A DNA stretch of 62,912 nucleotides, the filler included, from Polymyxa betae A26-41 (taxonomy: Eukaryota > Protista > Endomyxa: Phytomyxea), in the NCBI GenBank assembly GCA_003693705.1. It is 5 parts of 5 records of this genome, joined end to end, with 100 filler letters (N's around TTAATTAATTAA, not from the genome) between each part and the next. Parts side by side here need not be neighbours in the genome. Positions count along the whole stretch, not along the records: positions 1 to 16,468 come from RBZT01000347.1; positions 16,569 to 25,793 come from RBZT01000112.1; 3 more parts are not named here. One strand, given 5' to 3'. Shown here piece by piece: positions 10,535 through 21,655 of this stretch. The notes beneath the pieces are model-generated. The model did not search any database, had not been told where the DNA came from, and saw only the letters and a program-made list of their open reading frames with translations. Positions within the stretch are counted from its first letter, which is position 1, and every line of letters begins with the position of its first letter. Both the position numbers and the translations under genes were made by a program.

Positions 10535-12769
10535 TTAATCAATGTCTGCAGAGATACATTTGAGAAGAAAACATTCACCAATCTCCAGGAGGCGGCACGC
10601 ACAATCCGTCTGTTGTGTCAGCAACGCGTGCGTGAGCAGATTCCGGCCTGTAACGTAATCGCGAACGAACAGAATCTCTTCGATGAAGGGCTGCTCGATC
10701 AGAAAGGGGAAGAATTCCGGACAGTGAATAGCATGCTGTATGAGTCCGGAGACGAAGCGTTCGGCGTCCGTACGGATTAGCGCGGCCATCTGTGCAGCTG
10801 GAATATGAGTGGTTAAGGCCGTCACGGACTCCTGATTCGGCTTGAAATACGAAAATGGGACCCGTCCGGCATGATCAGCGCAGTTTAAATTGATACCGCG
10901 TATCGTTAGCAACTGAGCGACCAGCGGGAATTCGTTACGCTGAAACGCAATATGTAACATGGCACATCCATCAGATGACGATACACTGTTGATAATCTCC
11001 GGCATGAAACGCAAACCGGCCATGACGAACTGTAACCAGCCATCTGACTGATTCTGTAACATAGACGAGAGTAACGTGCACATGTGACGTAAATCCGTGC
11101 GGACCAGACGACAGAGACTGTCATGGTTGAGCTCCGAGAAGAACCTCAGAATCGACAGGTAATGAAACGGAACATGTCCGTCCGCATCGGTTACGGACAC
11201 GTCCAGGTCACGGACTTCCATGATATCGATCACATTGCAGGCTCCGGTTTTTAGAGCCCAATGTAACAAAGTATGGTTATCGTTACCGTAACGATGATTG
11301 ATGAATTCCGGCATGAACGGCTGCCGCAGAAACATGTGCGCAATATAGTGGCGCTTTGTCTGCGCAATTTTCTGAAATTCTTCGAAAAACTGATTCGGAT
11401 TAGCGCGAATTAAGTCCGCGATTCTGTCCGCCGGCACGCGGCGGATTAAATCATTCACCCGGACACGATTATCGAAGAGATACGAAACCGCGGATCGTCC
11501 GGATCTCGGACAAAGCGCGCGAAGATCAACTCCGGGGACTTGCAGCAATCGAGGGAGATTCGATGAACGAATCAATGAGACATGTAACGGAAGAGTCCGT
11601 CGCGGACTTCCGTTGATTAAGTCCGCGGCATAGGGCTGCTGACACAGGAACTCCACGAACGCATCGCAATCGTGGCGTATGGCGTAGCATAACAGATCGA
11701 CGAACAAGATCTTGTGGGGGAGAAGAGCGCCACGGACTTCCGGAATTCGGATTAGAGCGATCGCGCGATGGTCGTAGTGTTTTTTCAGGAGTTTTTTTGA
11801 CGGAGCAATAAGTCCGTCATGGACTCCGTGATATGTTTGTAACGAGGGTTTACGTAGCAGCGGATAGAGTTGCGGCAGTAAGTCCGCGGGTGGCTTCACT
11901 TTCTGCATGAACTGCGCAAAATTGAATCGAATTCCGTGACGGAGTAGATCGTATAGAACTCCGTGGTCTCTCAGCAGCTCTTTGTTTTGTCTCTGAAATT
12001 CATAAGCCAGATAGGGATCAGGTTGTCCGTAGAGGTCGCTGTCCGGATCGCACAAATATTTCAACAGCTGATCGGCAAAATCCGTATTATGTGGAAAAAC
12101 TGCGTGGAATGGTCCCATATGGAATTTTCGGACTTCATCGACTACATCGGAAGGAGTTTGTTTCGGCAGCGGCTTCTGCGCCAATCGTTTCGTAACACAA
12201 ACAGCCCCATCCACAAGATTCACGTGCCAGCTGACTGGCGAAGGCCGCGCCAAGCGCTCTCGGACTCCGTGGACGACCTCCACCGGAAACTTTCGGACAT
12301 CCACGCCCCAGATCACCTCGCCGAACGCCCCAACTTGATCAATCAATACATTCAGAAACTTGATCTTCAGCGCTTTGCTCAAATCTCGGCAGTCCAGCAG
12401 GCGGTCGTACAGGCCCAGGGCCTCGGTGTGGGTCACGCGACGGGCGATGTGAGAAACCGTGTGATGATGGTGTTCGAGGTCGCAGAGATAAGCGCGAACT
12501 TGGCCAGAGAGGGCGCGGCCGCGGACTGAATGCTGCAACAGGCTGCGGAACGCGAGAAGAGGACGCAGCGCGTGACGGAAGTCCCGCGACGTCTGGCTCA
12601 GAAGAGCGAGGGAGGCGGAGTCCGCCACGCGTTCGGCGATCTGCTCGAACAGCTCCGGAGGCAGGTCGGTCAGCGAGCACGGCGCGGATCGCGGCCGCTT
12701 CTGGGCCGACGCCGCCAGGGCCAGCACGTTAACCAGGGACAGGAGAATAAGCATGAGCGACGACATCAT
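10535..12769 (-). CDS. Predicted secreted F-box + ankyrin-repeat protein (744 aa)
   Basis: Hydrophobic N-terminus MMSSLMLILLSLVNVLALAASA; KRPR; F-box LTDLPPELFEQIAERV..SASLALLSQTSRDFR; ankyrin-like units TLPLHVSL, HTLLHWAL..DVSVTDADGHVPFHYL, GCAMLHIAF..INLNCADHAGRVPF, GRNLLTHAL. Long intact ORF. Confidence 0.85.
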   Translation of the reverse strand: MMSSLMLILLSLVNVLALAASAQKRPRSAPCSLTDLPPELFEQIAERVADSASLALLSQTSRDFRHALRPLLAFRSLLQHSVRGRALSGQVRAYLCDLEHHHHTVSHIARRVTHTEALGLYDRLLDCRDLSKALKIKFLNVLIDQVGAFGEVIWGVDVRKFPVEVVHGVRERLARPSPVSWHVNLVDGAVCVTKRLAQKPLPKQTPSDVVDEVRKFHMGPFHAVFPHNTDFADQLLKYLCDPDSDLYGQPDPYLAYEFQRQNKELLRDHGVLYDLLRHGIRFNFAQFMQKVKPPADLLPQLYPLLRKPSLQTYHGVHDGLIAPSKKLLKKHYDHRAIALIRIPEVRGALLPHKILFVDLLCYAIRHDCDAFVEFLCQQPYAADLINGSPRRTLPLHVSLIRSSNLPRLLQVPGVDLRALCPRSGRSAVSYLFDNRVRVNDLIRRVPADRIADLIRANPNQFFEEFQKIAQTKRHYIAHMFLRQPFMPEFINHRYGNDNHTLLHWALKTGACNVIDIMEVRDLDVSVTDADGHVPFHYLSILRFFSELNHDSLCRLVRTDLRHMCTLLSSMLQNQSDGWLQFVMAGLRFMPEIINSVSSSDGCAMLHIAFQRNEFPLVAQLLTIRGINLNCADHAGRVPFSYFKPNQESVTALTTHIPAAQMAALIRTDAERFVSGLIQHAIHCPEFFPFLIEQPFIEEILFVRDYVTGRNLLTHALLTQQTDCACRLLEIGECFLLKCISADID

Positions 12770-14117
12770 CAGGGGGTGTACTGCCCCACGGCGACTCTTC
12801 GCACAAATTCGTATTGGGAGCGCAGCCCCCTAGCCAGACCGAATTTGAGTGGCGTTGGCGTATGACTGCTGTATGAGAGCCATCGGTTATAGGGAGAATC
12901 TTTGCGGCAGACTGGACGGCGAAGGTCTTCGATCGGCGATTGGCTCCAGATTGGGAAACAATTCGGTCACGATATTCATTCCCGGTCACATAATATACTG
13001 AACGCTGCGCAACTCAACATCATGATCAATTGAAGTACAAACGGTTTTGTTTTCCAAGAAAACTGGAAGCAGCACCAGCTCTTGTTGAACAATGAAAATC
13101 GCGAGCTAGACATAACAAATGCTATCGAATGATGTATTCATGGTAGGCAATGCTCAAGGGATGGAACACATCAGCTACATATATTGAAGGCTCCTGCTAA
13201 ATCCGATTGATTCAACTTTTTCTTTTCTTGATGCATTATCAGGGATAGGAAAATATCAATTTCGGGTCAGGAATTATTCTGATTCTTTTTTTGAGAATCA
13301 ATTAATTCTGATAAATCATTCAGGGATGTATTTTAGCTTTTCATTGGAATGCGAAAGCGATCTTTTTTTTTCGGAGTTCGTAATGCGCTAATCCATCTTT
13401 GACGGGTCAATGTGGAAGAGTTCTAAAGGTGCGCATTCAATCTCAAACACAGTTGCATCTCAACATGTTCGGGCAGCAATCGATGACGGATATCTGTCAA
13501 GGGAAGCTGTGAATGGCTGAACAGGCGCTTGTACATGATATTTGTTTAAAATTTGCAGTCATTCTAAGGAGATGGGCTTCACAGTCTGCATGATAATAGC
13601 ATGCATTGACATCAAGGTCGCCTGCGCTATCAGCATCATTGGCTGCATTCAGATCTCGATAATGCTTTTTTGTTCTGCAAATATTCTTATAAATTATAAG
13701 ATAATCGAGATATGAAAAATTTTCCTCATATGAACAACATCGGTTCCGCAGAAATATATATAAATCATAAGAGATTATTAAGTATTAGAGAATATTCGGT
13801 AGATATGGACATCTACTCAGAAATGGAAATTGTGATTTTGACATCCGAATTAACTCCAACCATGAATTATTTAATAGAGAGAGAGAGCTGGAGTTTCAAG
13901 GACCTAAATGCTGTGGCACAAATACAAACAAGCGAAGCCATGTCCCAATATATGGTGTTGTATGAAGTATGGCTGTATCATATTCCAGGGCTTCTCACAG
14001 GTGTTGCCTTTCTTAGCGGTTAAGCAAAGCATTTCGAAATCTTTTTTCGAGATATATTCGTTATTTTTGGTAACGATAACGTTTCAACTAAATAGAACAA
14101 AATACCTAAGACATAAC

Positions 14118-14838
14118 CTAAGGGTTAGGTGCTTGTGTGTGGTTTATTAATAAATCAGCTACGGTCGCTGGAGCAGGCCGGGGCCGGGCATAGATTGCAC
14201 CGGTTTTGGATGTAGAAAAACAAAGGACAAGAGTGTCCATCAGAAGAGGGAGCTGGCCGTACCTGACCAGCAGTAAACCATGGGAACCACGGGAGCGGCC
14301 TCCGTGTGAGTGCGACGCCGGAGTCATGGGGAGGGGGGCGCAGCCTCCCGAGAAGGGACGGGTTCCTCTACACGGATGGTGCAGGGCTGGTGCGAGGCGG
14401 GATCGGATCGGCGTCGGCGACGTCGGGCCGGGGCGGGCGGACTCCGTGGGGGTGGTAGGGGCCGGGACGGGACCGGGGTTGGCGGGGATGGCCGGGGCGG
14501 CGCTGGGGGTGGTGGGGTGGCCGGGACGTCGGCGGGGTCGGCTCCGTGGCGGTCCGTGCGGGCCTGGTCGGCATTGGGGCTGGAACTTGGTCCTGGGTGG
14601 TCGCGGGCGGGGCCAGTACGACGGCCGTACTGGCCGACGCAGGGGTGGAGCTGGGAGATGGTGCCAGTATGGCTTCGGAGGCGTCGAGAGCAGGTCGGCG
14701 GCAGCAGAGCTCGCGCATCTGTTGATGGCCCGGCCGATGGCGGCTACGCGAGCCAGCCATGGCTGGTCGCGCCAGGGAGCAGGTCGTTCGATCAGGACGC
14801 GACGGCGTGGCCGATGGGGAGATGGGCGCGGGTGCACA
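14118..14838. repeat. GC-rich island, possibly LTR-like
   Basis: Abrupt switch to very GC-rich sequence open in several frames, with an AT-rich AATAAA-containing left end; resembles the neighbouring solo LTR in composition. No TSD found. Confidence 0.3.
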
Positions 14839-15069
14839 ATTGCGCATATTTACCAGGAATTGATCGTAATGTTTCATTTGTCCGCTGACGAGAGACATGT
14901 AGGAGGTTCTCGCCAGATAGTGCACGCGTCTGTTAACAGGAACGACCCTGCTACGCATACAACAGTTGTACACGAGAAGGTGCGTACAACAACTGCGCGC
15001 GGCCACCTCCATTGTTGTACGCAGTCTATCTGTGCAACACCCTCGCCTTCATTTGCTGTCGAGGAGAGA

Positions 15070-16444
15070 ATGTTTTCCAGGCTTGCCAGCCTGTTTTCTC
15101 GAGAATTCAATGACGATCCAGACGAGATACCTCATGAATACCAGCACCAATCGATGGATCACACTGATATTTCCATTGCTCCAGTGCTAACTTCCCCAAA
15201 CGTCGCTCTTGAAGGCATCGAAAATAGTGGTTTTGTCGATCCATCTGTGGAAGTTAATGCTCCTCACTGCTCATTTCTGCCGAATGATTCAGGCTTTCAA
15301 ACAGAAGTGAGCGCAATTCAGCATGTTTGTGATTCGAGCACCATTGTTGTCGGAGCAACATTTAATTCTCATGATTCCTGTTAGGACGGGGAGGATTAAC
15401 CGTGATAAAAGTTCAGAAATAGACTAAATTAACAAATTTATGAAATTAACACAACAATATAATTGAAAGAAGAATGGCAAGGAAGCAGGGCAGATGGTAT
15501 GGGGATCGGAGAGGGCAGTAAGCAGTCGAGGTGAACGTTAAGGCGGGACGCAGATAGATGGGACGGGAGTGATGCCGGGGCTGGTCGTCGGGGGCGGTGT
15601 AGGACAACAGAGCACAGGCGGGAACGACGGGTACACGGAATGCGGAGGTAGGGCAAGGCAGATAAGGAACGGCACTGGGCTTAACACTGGGCTCGAGGAG
15701 CGTGGCGATGGAACGACTGGCGACGTTGGAGGGGACGGAGGATTGGCCGGAAGGGGCCTGCAGGGTGAGGACGATCTTGGGGACCAACAGACGATGAGAG
15801 AGGACGAGCACGACGTCGAGGACGGAAGGTGTTGATCACACTGGAGTCCGGCCTCCGACTCGGAGCGGAACTGCGTGGGGGACTCCGTCAGTGGTAGCGG
15901 CTGGGTGTCTATGGTCGTAGAGCATGACAATTCCGCTCGAATAGAATGCACAAAATTCGCAAAATGCCCTCTTAAGCAATCGAGCGTTCGCAAACATAAA
16001 TACGTACAACTTGCATGCTATCGCGGCGGCAATTATATTCAAAAGGACTCAGTGGTACCCGAAGAATTTCAAAGGAAAAAGTCAAGCGTAAAATGTAATT
16101 GTCCTTTCAAAATCAATCTAGCACAAGTTCCTCAGTCAGAATCGTACACAGTATATTCCATAGCAAACGCTCATAACCACGAGCTTTTTGAGAAGGAGGA
16201 GATTGAAGGGCTCACTCAGAATCATTTTATTCCATCTGACGTCCAAGAAAAAATGGTCGCTCTCAACAAACATGGGATTTTAGAATGCTCTCAGATAATG
16301 ACTTTGATTGAGAAGGACTTCTTTCCAGAAGTAAAGGTCACATGGACTCGTCGAGACGTTCAGACCTTACTCCAAAAAACTCTGGACCGGCAAGCTGAAG
16401 CTCATAATTTTCTTAAGCTTGTATCAGATTTATTAAAACAATAA
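15070..16444 (+). pseudogene. Mutator-like (MULE/FAR1) transposase N-terminal region interrupted by a solo LTR
   Basis: Removing 15379-15934 restores the in-frame FAR1 domain VGATFNSHDSARIEC..YVQLACYRGG..SVKCNCPFKINL..HNHEL. The contig ends before any DDE domain. Confidence 0.8.
15379..15929. mobile_element. Solo LTR (551 bp) with 5-bp TSD ATTCC
   Basis: Starts TGTTA and ends TGACA; ATTCC lies on both sides (15374-15378 and 15930-15934); excision restores the interrupted reading frame. Confidence 0.85.
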
Positions 16445-16468
16445 TATACAATTCTGAATTCCCAAAAA

Positions 16469-16568
16469 NNNNNNNNNNNNNNNNNNNNNNNNNNNNNNNN
16501 NNNNNNNNNNNNTTAATTAATTAANNNNNNNNNNNNNNNNNNNNNNNNNNNNNNNNNNNNNNNNNNNN
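16469..16568. other. Artificial contig spacer N44-TTAATTAATTAA-N44
   Basis: Identical 100-bp spacer occurs four times; the 12-mer has stops in all six frames. Confidence 0.97.
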
Positions 16569-18296
16569 CCCGGAGCGAGAAATCCAACAGTCCTCGGACG
16601 TTTGTCACTTTGCTAATTGAATTGGCGAAATCATACGAACGTTCGATCAAGGTCGCGAAAGAGGGCTTGAGGGAAGAAGAACGGAAGACGACCGGTAAGA
16701 AACGTCCTCGTGAACAGCGTGCAGTTTTCACAAGTACCTGGTCGCAGAAGAAGAGTCCGCAGTCCGATTAGAACGCGGATAAGACTAAGAAGAAGCCAAA
16801 TTGAAGTGTTTCAACTGTGAAAAGATAGGGCATCCGGCATTCAAATGCCCGGAAAAGTTGTCCAAAAAAGAGGTTCATGATTTGTTGAAAAAGAAAGATA
16901 ATACAATGTCAGAGAATCTTTCTGATTATTCGATGGTGTGTAAAATTGGGAAAGGTAGAGGAAAATCAGATAGAAGTGAAGATAAATGAGGGTCTATACT
17001 TTCCCGGTATTCTTGACAGTGGAGCGTCAGGTATATCCCTGATTCCGAGGAATATTGCTGCGAAGGCAATGCGAAATGACCCCAATATCACCATCCAGAC
17101 GCTAGATGAGCCAGTCAGATTGAGGCTGGGGGATAACGAAACAGAGGCAATTTCCACGGACTTTATTTGCGTAAACTTGAGGCTGCGCACAAAAGCAGGA
17201 GATTTGATCACACGGAACCGCAGATGCCTAATCTGGGACGTCCCCAGTGAAGAGATCATCCTGGGTAGCGATTTGTTAAAAGAGCTCGGCATTGAACTAA
17301 AAAGTGCGCTTGACGCACTCATCATGCGAAAGAAGGCCAGAGCAGAGTATGGGCTCGAGGACCAGCCGATATCTCAGAAACAAGACGACCAAGATAGCGG
17401 GTCCACAACTTCAAAGGACTATGAAGATGTCATTATAGGTCAAATTGACGATGAGGAAATAGAGGCAGGGTTGAGGAAACTGCTTTCAAAAGTAGCTGCC
17501 AGCGGACTACCGGAAGTCTGGTTAAAGAAGCTGGACAAATTGGTGCGACACTATGTGGAAGTATGGCGAATCAATCTAGGTCCGGATCCGCCGGCCAGAG
17601 TGACGCCGTTCGTCACTCGGCTGCTGCCAAATACCAGACCGATACGCTGTCGAGGAAGGAGATATGGCCCTGAGGACAGCCAATTTCTAAAACAGTTTGT
17701 TGACGATTTAATAAACACAGGACTGGTAGAGGAGAATTTCAATTCACAATTGGCCTCTCCCGTTGTAGTTGTAAAAAAAACCAGATGGCAGCAGAAGAAT
17801 GTGCGTTGACCTGAGGGCAGTTAACGCTGTGTGTGAAAGCACGACGTGGCAAATGCCATTCTTAGAAACAGTCGTCAATAAGCTGGCTGGCCCCAAATTT
17901 TGGTTTAAATTGGACGCTTTTAAAGGGTTTTGGATGAATGCCGTTATCCGAGGAATGCCAGGAGATGTTCTCTTCTATGACTGACAGAGGGGTTTATACA
18001 CCTAAAAGGTCCATTCAGGGGGCGCTAAATTCAGCAACACAATTCCAAGCCAGGATTTTCGAAGTGTTCAAAGGTTTGACAGACAACGCCCTCATTGTCT
18101 GGATAGATGACGTGCTGGGCCACGCGGACTGTTTGGAGAAATGGTTCCGTACTCTAGAGGCTACACTGATTTTAGCGGCAACGCATAATATCAAGCTTAA
18201 TCTGAAAAAGTGTGATATATTTACTAAATCAGTTAAGTTTTGTAGACGAATGCGCTCGGATTCGTAGGACACCGGTTTAATGATACCGAAAAGAAC

Positions 18297-18808
18297 ATAA
18301 GCGTATCCTCAGTTCCTCTTCTTTTTCTGGAATCGGAACTTTACCCGCTTTATTAATAAAAAGGACATCCTTATTCCTCTTAACCTTCTCATTATTTTTC
18401 AAAAGTTTTTCCTGAGAAGTTCTGATTTCCTCTACTGATGGCCATACAAAATCTGGATTTTGCAACGGCCTGATTTGGACCTTATCGGGGATATTTATGG
18501 AAATCCGCCGAACTAATAACATCTGTGATTCCTCTGACCTTGGGGCAGCCGCACCCCATCTTGTCATTAGGTCTGCCCAAATATTGTCTTCACCCTTAAT
18601 GTGTTCAATCTCGTATCTAAACCTCTGCATATCCAGGGCCAACCTCTGTAATTTTTGGGCCGTTGGTTTTGAGACACATTTTGGAGAAAATATTGTAATG
18701 AGATTTTTATGATCACAAAACAATTGAAAAGGCTTCCTCATTTGTAATAAATTATCAAGTTTCTGCATCGTATCCTTGATTGCGAAACCCTCTTTTTCGG
18801 CTACACTC
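18297..18808 (-). other. Inverted segment of the Gypsy pol (RNase H and linker)
   Basis: The plus strand reads LGFVGHRFNDTEKN up to 18296, the minus strand continues SVAEKEGFAI...EELRIRL, and the plus strand resumes (C)VIAHAGG at 18809. Confidence 0.85.
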
Positions 18809-19439
18809 GTGTAATCGCGCATGCAGGTGGTAACAGTGGCCATCTGGGATCTCAGGCTACAGCCAATAAACTAAAATGTTTATTCTACTGAAAAAAATAT
18901 ATAGATGACATTCGACAGTTTTGTAAGGCGTGCCTACACTGTCTGCCGACCAGAGGGGGTGTGAGGGAGCCGCGGCCCCTGGGCACGGCTGTTCACGCAA
19001 GAAAGCCAGCGGAAGTTCTGCACATGGACTGGATCTATATCTGTCCTGCACAGAAAAATTGGGTTCATGACTATCTGTGGAACCTAATTTTGCGAGACGA
19101 TCTTTCGGGGGTGATCAGGATCACTCCGGCACGTAGAGGTGGCAAACGGGTTCGACCCGTCGGGTCGGGTTGGCATGTGTCCGGACCAGATCGAACCGGG
19201 TCAGGCGATTTAGTCAACCTGATCCGATGCGGGTTGAATCTGGTTCTAACCGGGTTGACCCGAGGCCGCGCTAACCCGGGTCGTAATCAGGTCTGATCAG
19301 GTCTCAACCCGGGTTGAATCTGGTCCTCCCGAAAGTTCGCGCTGGTTCAACCTGAATTTCGCGCAGTAAATAATGTCTCATCTGTTTATTTTTAGATCTG
19401 GTCGTCTACTCGTCATGTCTCTCGTTTGTCAACGTTGCG

Positions 19440-21655
19440 ATGCCTCCCGCTCTCGAATTCGTTGACGTGACCGGCTCCGACCTTGAAAGCGTCGCCAATA
19501 ACACGGATGGACCGCTCATCTGCAGTCGGTAGCTCAGGTATAAACCATGTTTCGGACGTCTCTGCCTTTGTACAACAAAAGCATTAAAACTTCCGGCCGG
19601 GTGTTGGCGCTGCGTTAGGCGTAAGTACGGCTCGGTAGCTCAGGAATAAACCATGTTTCGGACGTCTTTGCCTTTATACAACAAAACGAAGACAACATGT
19701 TTTATTGTAAATGCTGTAAAAGACCGCAATAAGAAAACAACATGGAAGGATCGCAGAACATCAAATTTTTGAAGGCATCTGTTGAAATACCATCCGGATC
19801 AATATTCTGACAAGTCAAATTAAGCGAGACTAGAGCATTTTGGAATAACTGGTGCAAAACGGAAACATCAAGGCACAGGGACCGGACCTCTCACATCAAC
19901 AGACAAGGCATTTGCAGACCAGCAGCTGACAGCTTGGATTGTTCAGCATGGACAACCTTTCGCAGTCGTTGAGCAGGACAATTTTGTTGAATTTTGCAAA
20001 GCTTTGCAGCCATCATATCTTTTGCCAACCCGTAATACGGTTCGCAACCGGATCCTGAAAACTTGGCAAGAGGAAAAGGCGAAAGTGAGAATTGTGTAGA
20101 GAAATGAGGTTGTGAAGCTTCAGCGAAGAGTCGGTCTGACCACCGATATGTGGACATCTGCCTCCAAGAGAGGCTATATGGTTGTTACCCTACATTATAT
20201 CAAAAATGAGTGGAACATGAAATCCGTTATTCTCGCTTTTATTCGGGTCATGTATCCTCATACCGGAGAGCGTTCGGCTGAACATCTTATCCAAACGGTC
20301 GCTGATATGGACGGAGCATTGTTGAAAAGCGTTTGGACAATTACTGGCGATAACGCCACTACAAACAATGCTATGCTAACACATATTGAAACGAAGTTGC
20401 CAGAGGCGATTTCTCAATTCGAAATTCTCTCGATGCCAGAAGACGCCTCAGTTCTGGATGAAAATTCTCCGCTTCATGATCGACCTCGAACCCTAGTGCT
20501 GTTGCGATGTATGGCGCATGTTATACAACTCGCTGTTAAGGAGGGACTGAAACACTATCCTCCCATTGATGCTGCGATCGGAAGATTCAGAGATTTGGCC
20601 AAAAAAATATCGGATTCTCCAAAATTGCTTGAGGCCCTAGCAGCAGTATGTTCAAGCATAAAAGTTAATTGCCAAGTTCCACAGCTGGATTGCCCGACTC
20701 GGTGGAATAGTACCTGGGCTATGGTCAATACCATTATTGCGATACGAAAGCCCTTAGAAGAGCTCCTGCGAAGAATCCGTGATTGCCACGAAGGTTATTC
20801 AGGATTCGTCATAGAGCACAGTGATCTATTATGTTCTGAAATATCCAACCAAACATGACAGTCTTACAAGACTTTTGTCAGTTTCTGACCCCGTTTAAAG
20901 ATGCGACAAACTTGCTGTCAGGATCAACGTATCCCACACTTGGCATGGTCCTGCCTGTATTTCACTTGATCTCCGAGCATGTTACTAGAGCAATCACAGC
21001 GAGCGGTGGATTTCGATCCACTCATGCAATGAAATTCGACAGAGCAGTGGAATCTAAACTGCAAGATTATTCAACTCTGGTTGTCCGAAATGAGACGGAA
21101 ATTGCTGCTGCACTTGACCCTCGTGTAAAACCATTTTTACAAAAATGGGTATCAGTGCGACACATATCAAAAACTTGATTACGAATGAGTTCTCAGAGAA
21201 ATATAAAGATCTGTTTCAGCAGCAGCGCAAATCCATCGGAGATGAGGATGGGCAAATTGGCATTCGGAAACAACCATCAGAGCGACAGTACCTTTTTAAA
21301 CTTTTTTTAGGAAGACACATCGGACCAGGGAGAAAGCAACAGTCGATCGTGTGAGCTTTTCTCTGGGGAGCTAGACCGGTGGTTAGCCCATCCTCCGATG
21401 CGGCTCCAGCAAAGCAGCCAGGACGTATGCACTTGGTTTAAAGTGAATATGACGATGTTTCCTAGAATTCAGATTATGGCTCGTGAATTTATGGGCTTTA
21501 CTGCGACTTCTGTCCCGAGCGAGTGCGTTTTTTCACTGGCTGGGACGACAGTCAACGTTCGAAGGGCACGGCTGGGCGATGACGCCGTTCAAGCAATATC
21601 CGAACTACAGTCGTTCTTATCGTTTAGCAATAAATCAAATAATACAGTACAATAG
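19440..21655 (+). pseudogene. hAT transposase (BED finger, DDE, dimerisation domain), frameshifted
   Basis: CKCC..HLLKYH; LTTDMWTS; HTGE; ITGDNATTN; RCMAHVIQLAV; DCPTRWNST; AAALDPR; ATSVPSECVFSLAG. Confidence 0.9.
19526..19686 (+). repeat. ~55-bp direct duplication within the hAT element
   Basis: tcggtagctcagg.ataaaccatgtttcggacgtct.tgccttt.tacaacaaaa at ~19526 and ~19632. Confidence 0.85.

Noticed and set aside
10169-12865. Plus-strand ORFs overlapping the F-box-ankyrin gene
   Set aside because: Antisense shadows with no motifs.
14206-15384. 392-aa ORF as one gene
   Set aside because: Chimera of a GC-rich stop-poor block and the MULE N-terminus, ending inside the solo LTR.
16513-16524. 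TTAATTAATTAA between N runs as a biological repeat (four occurrences)
   Set aside because: Identical padded linker with six-frame stops; an assembly artefact.
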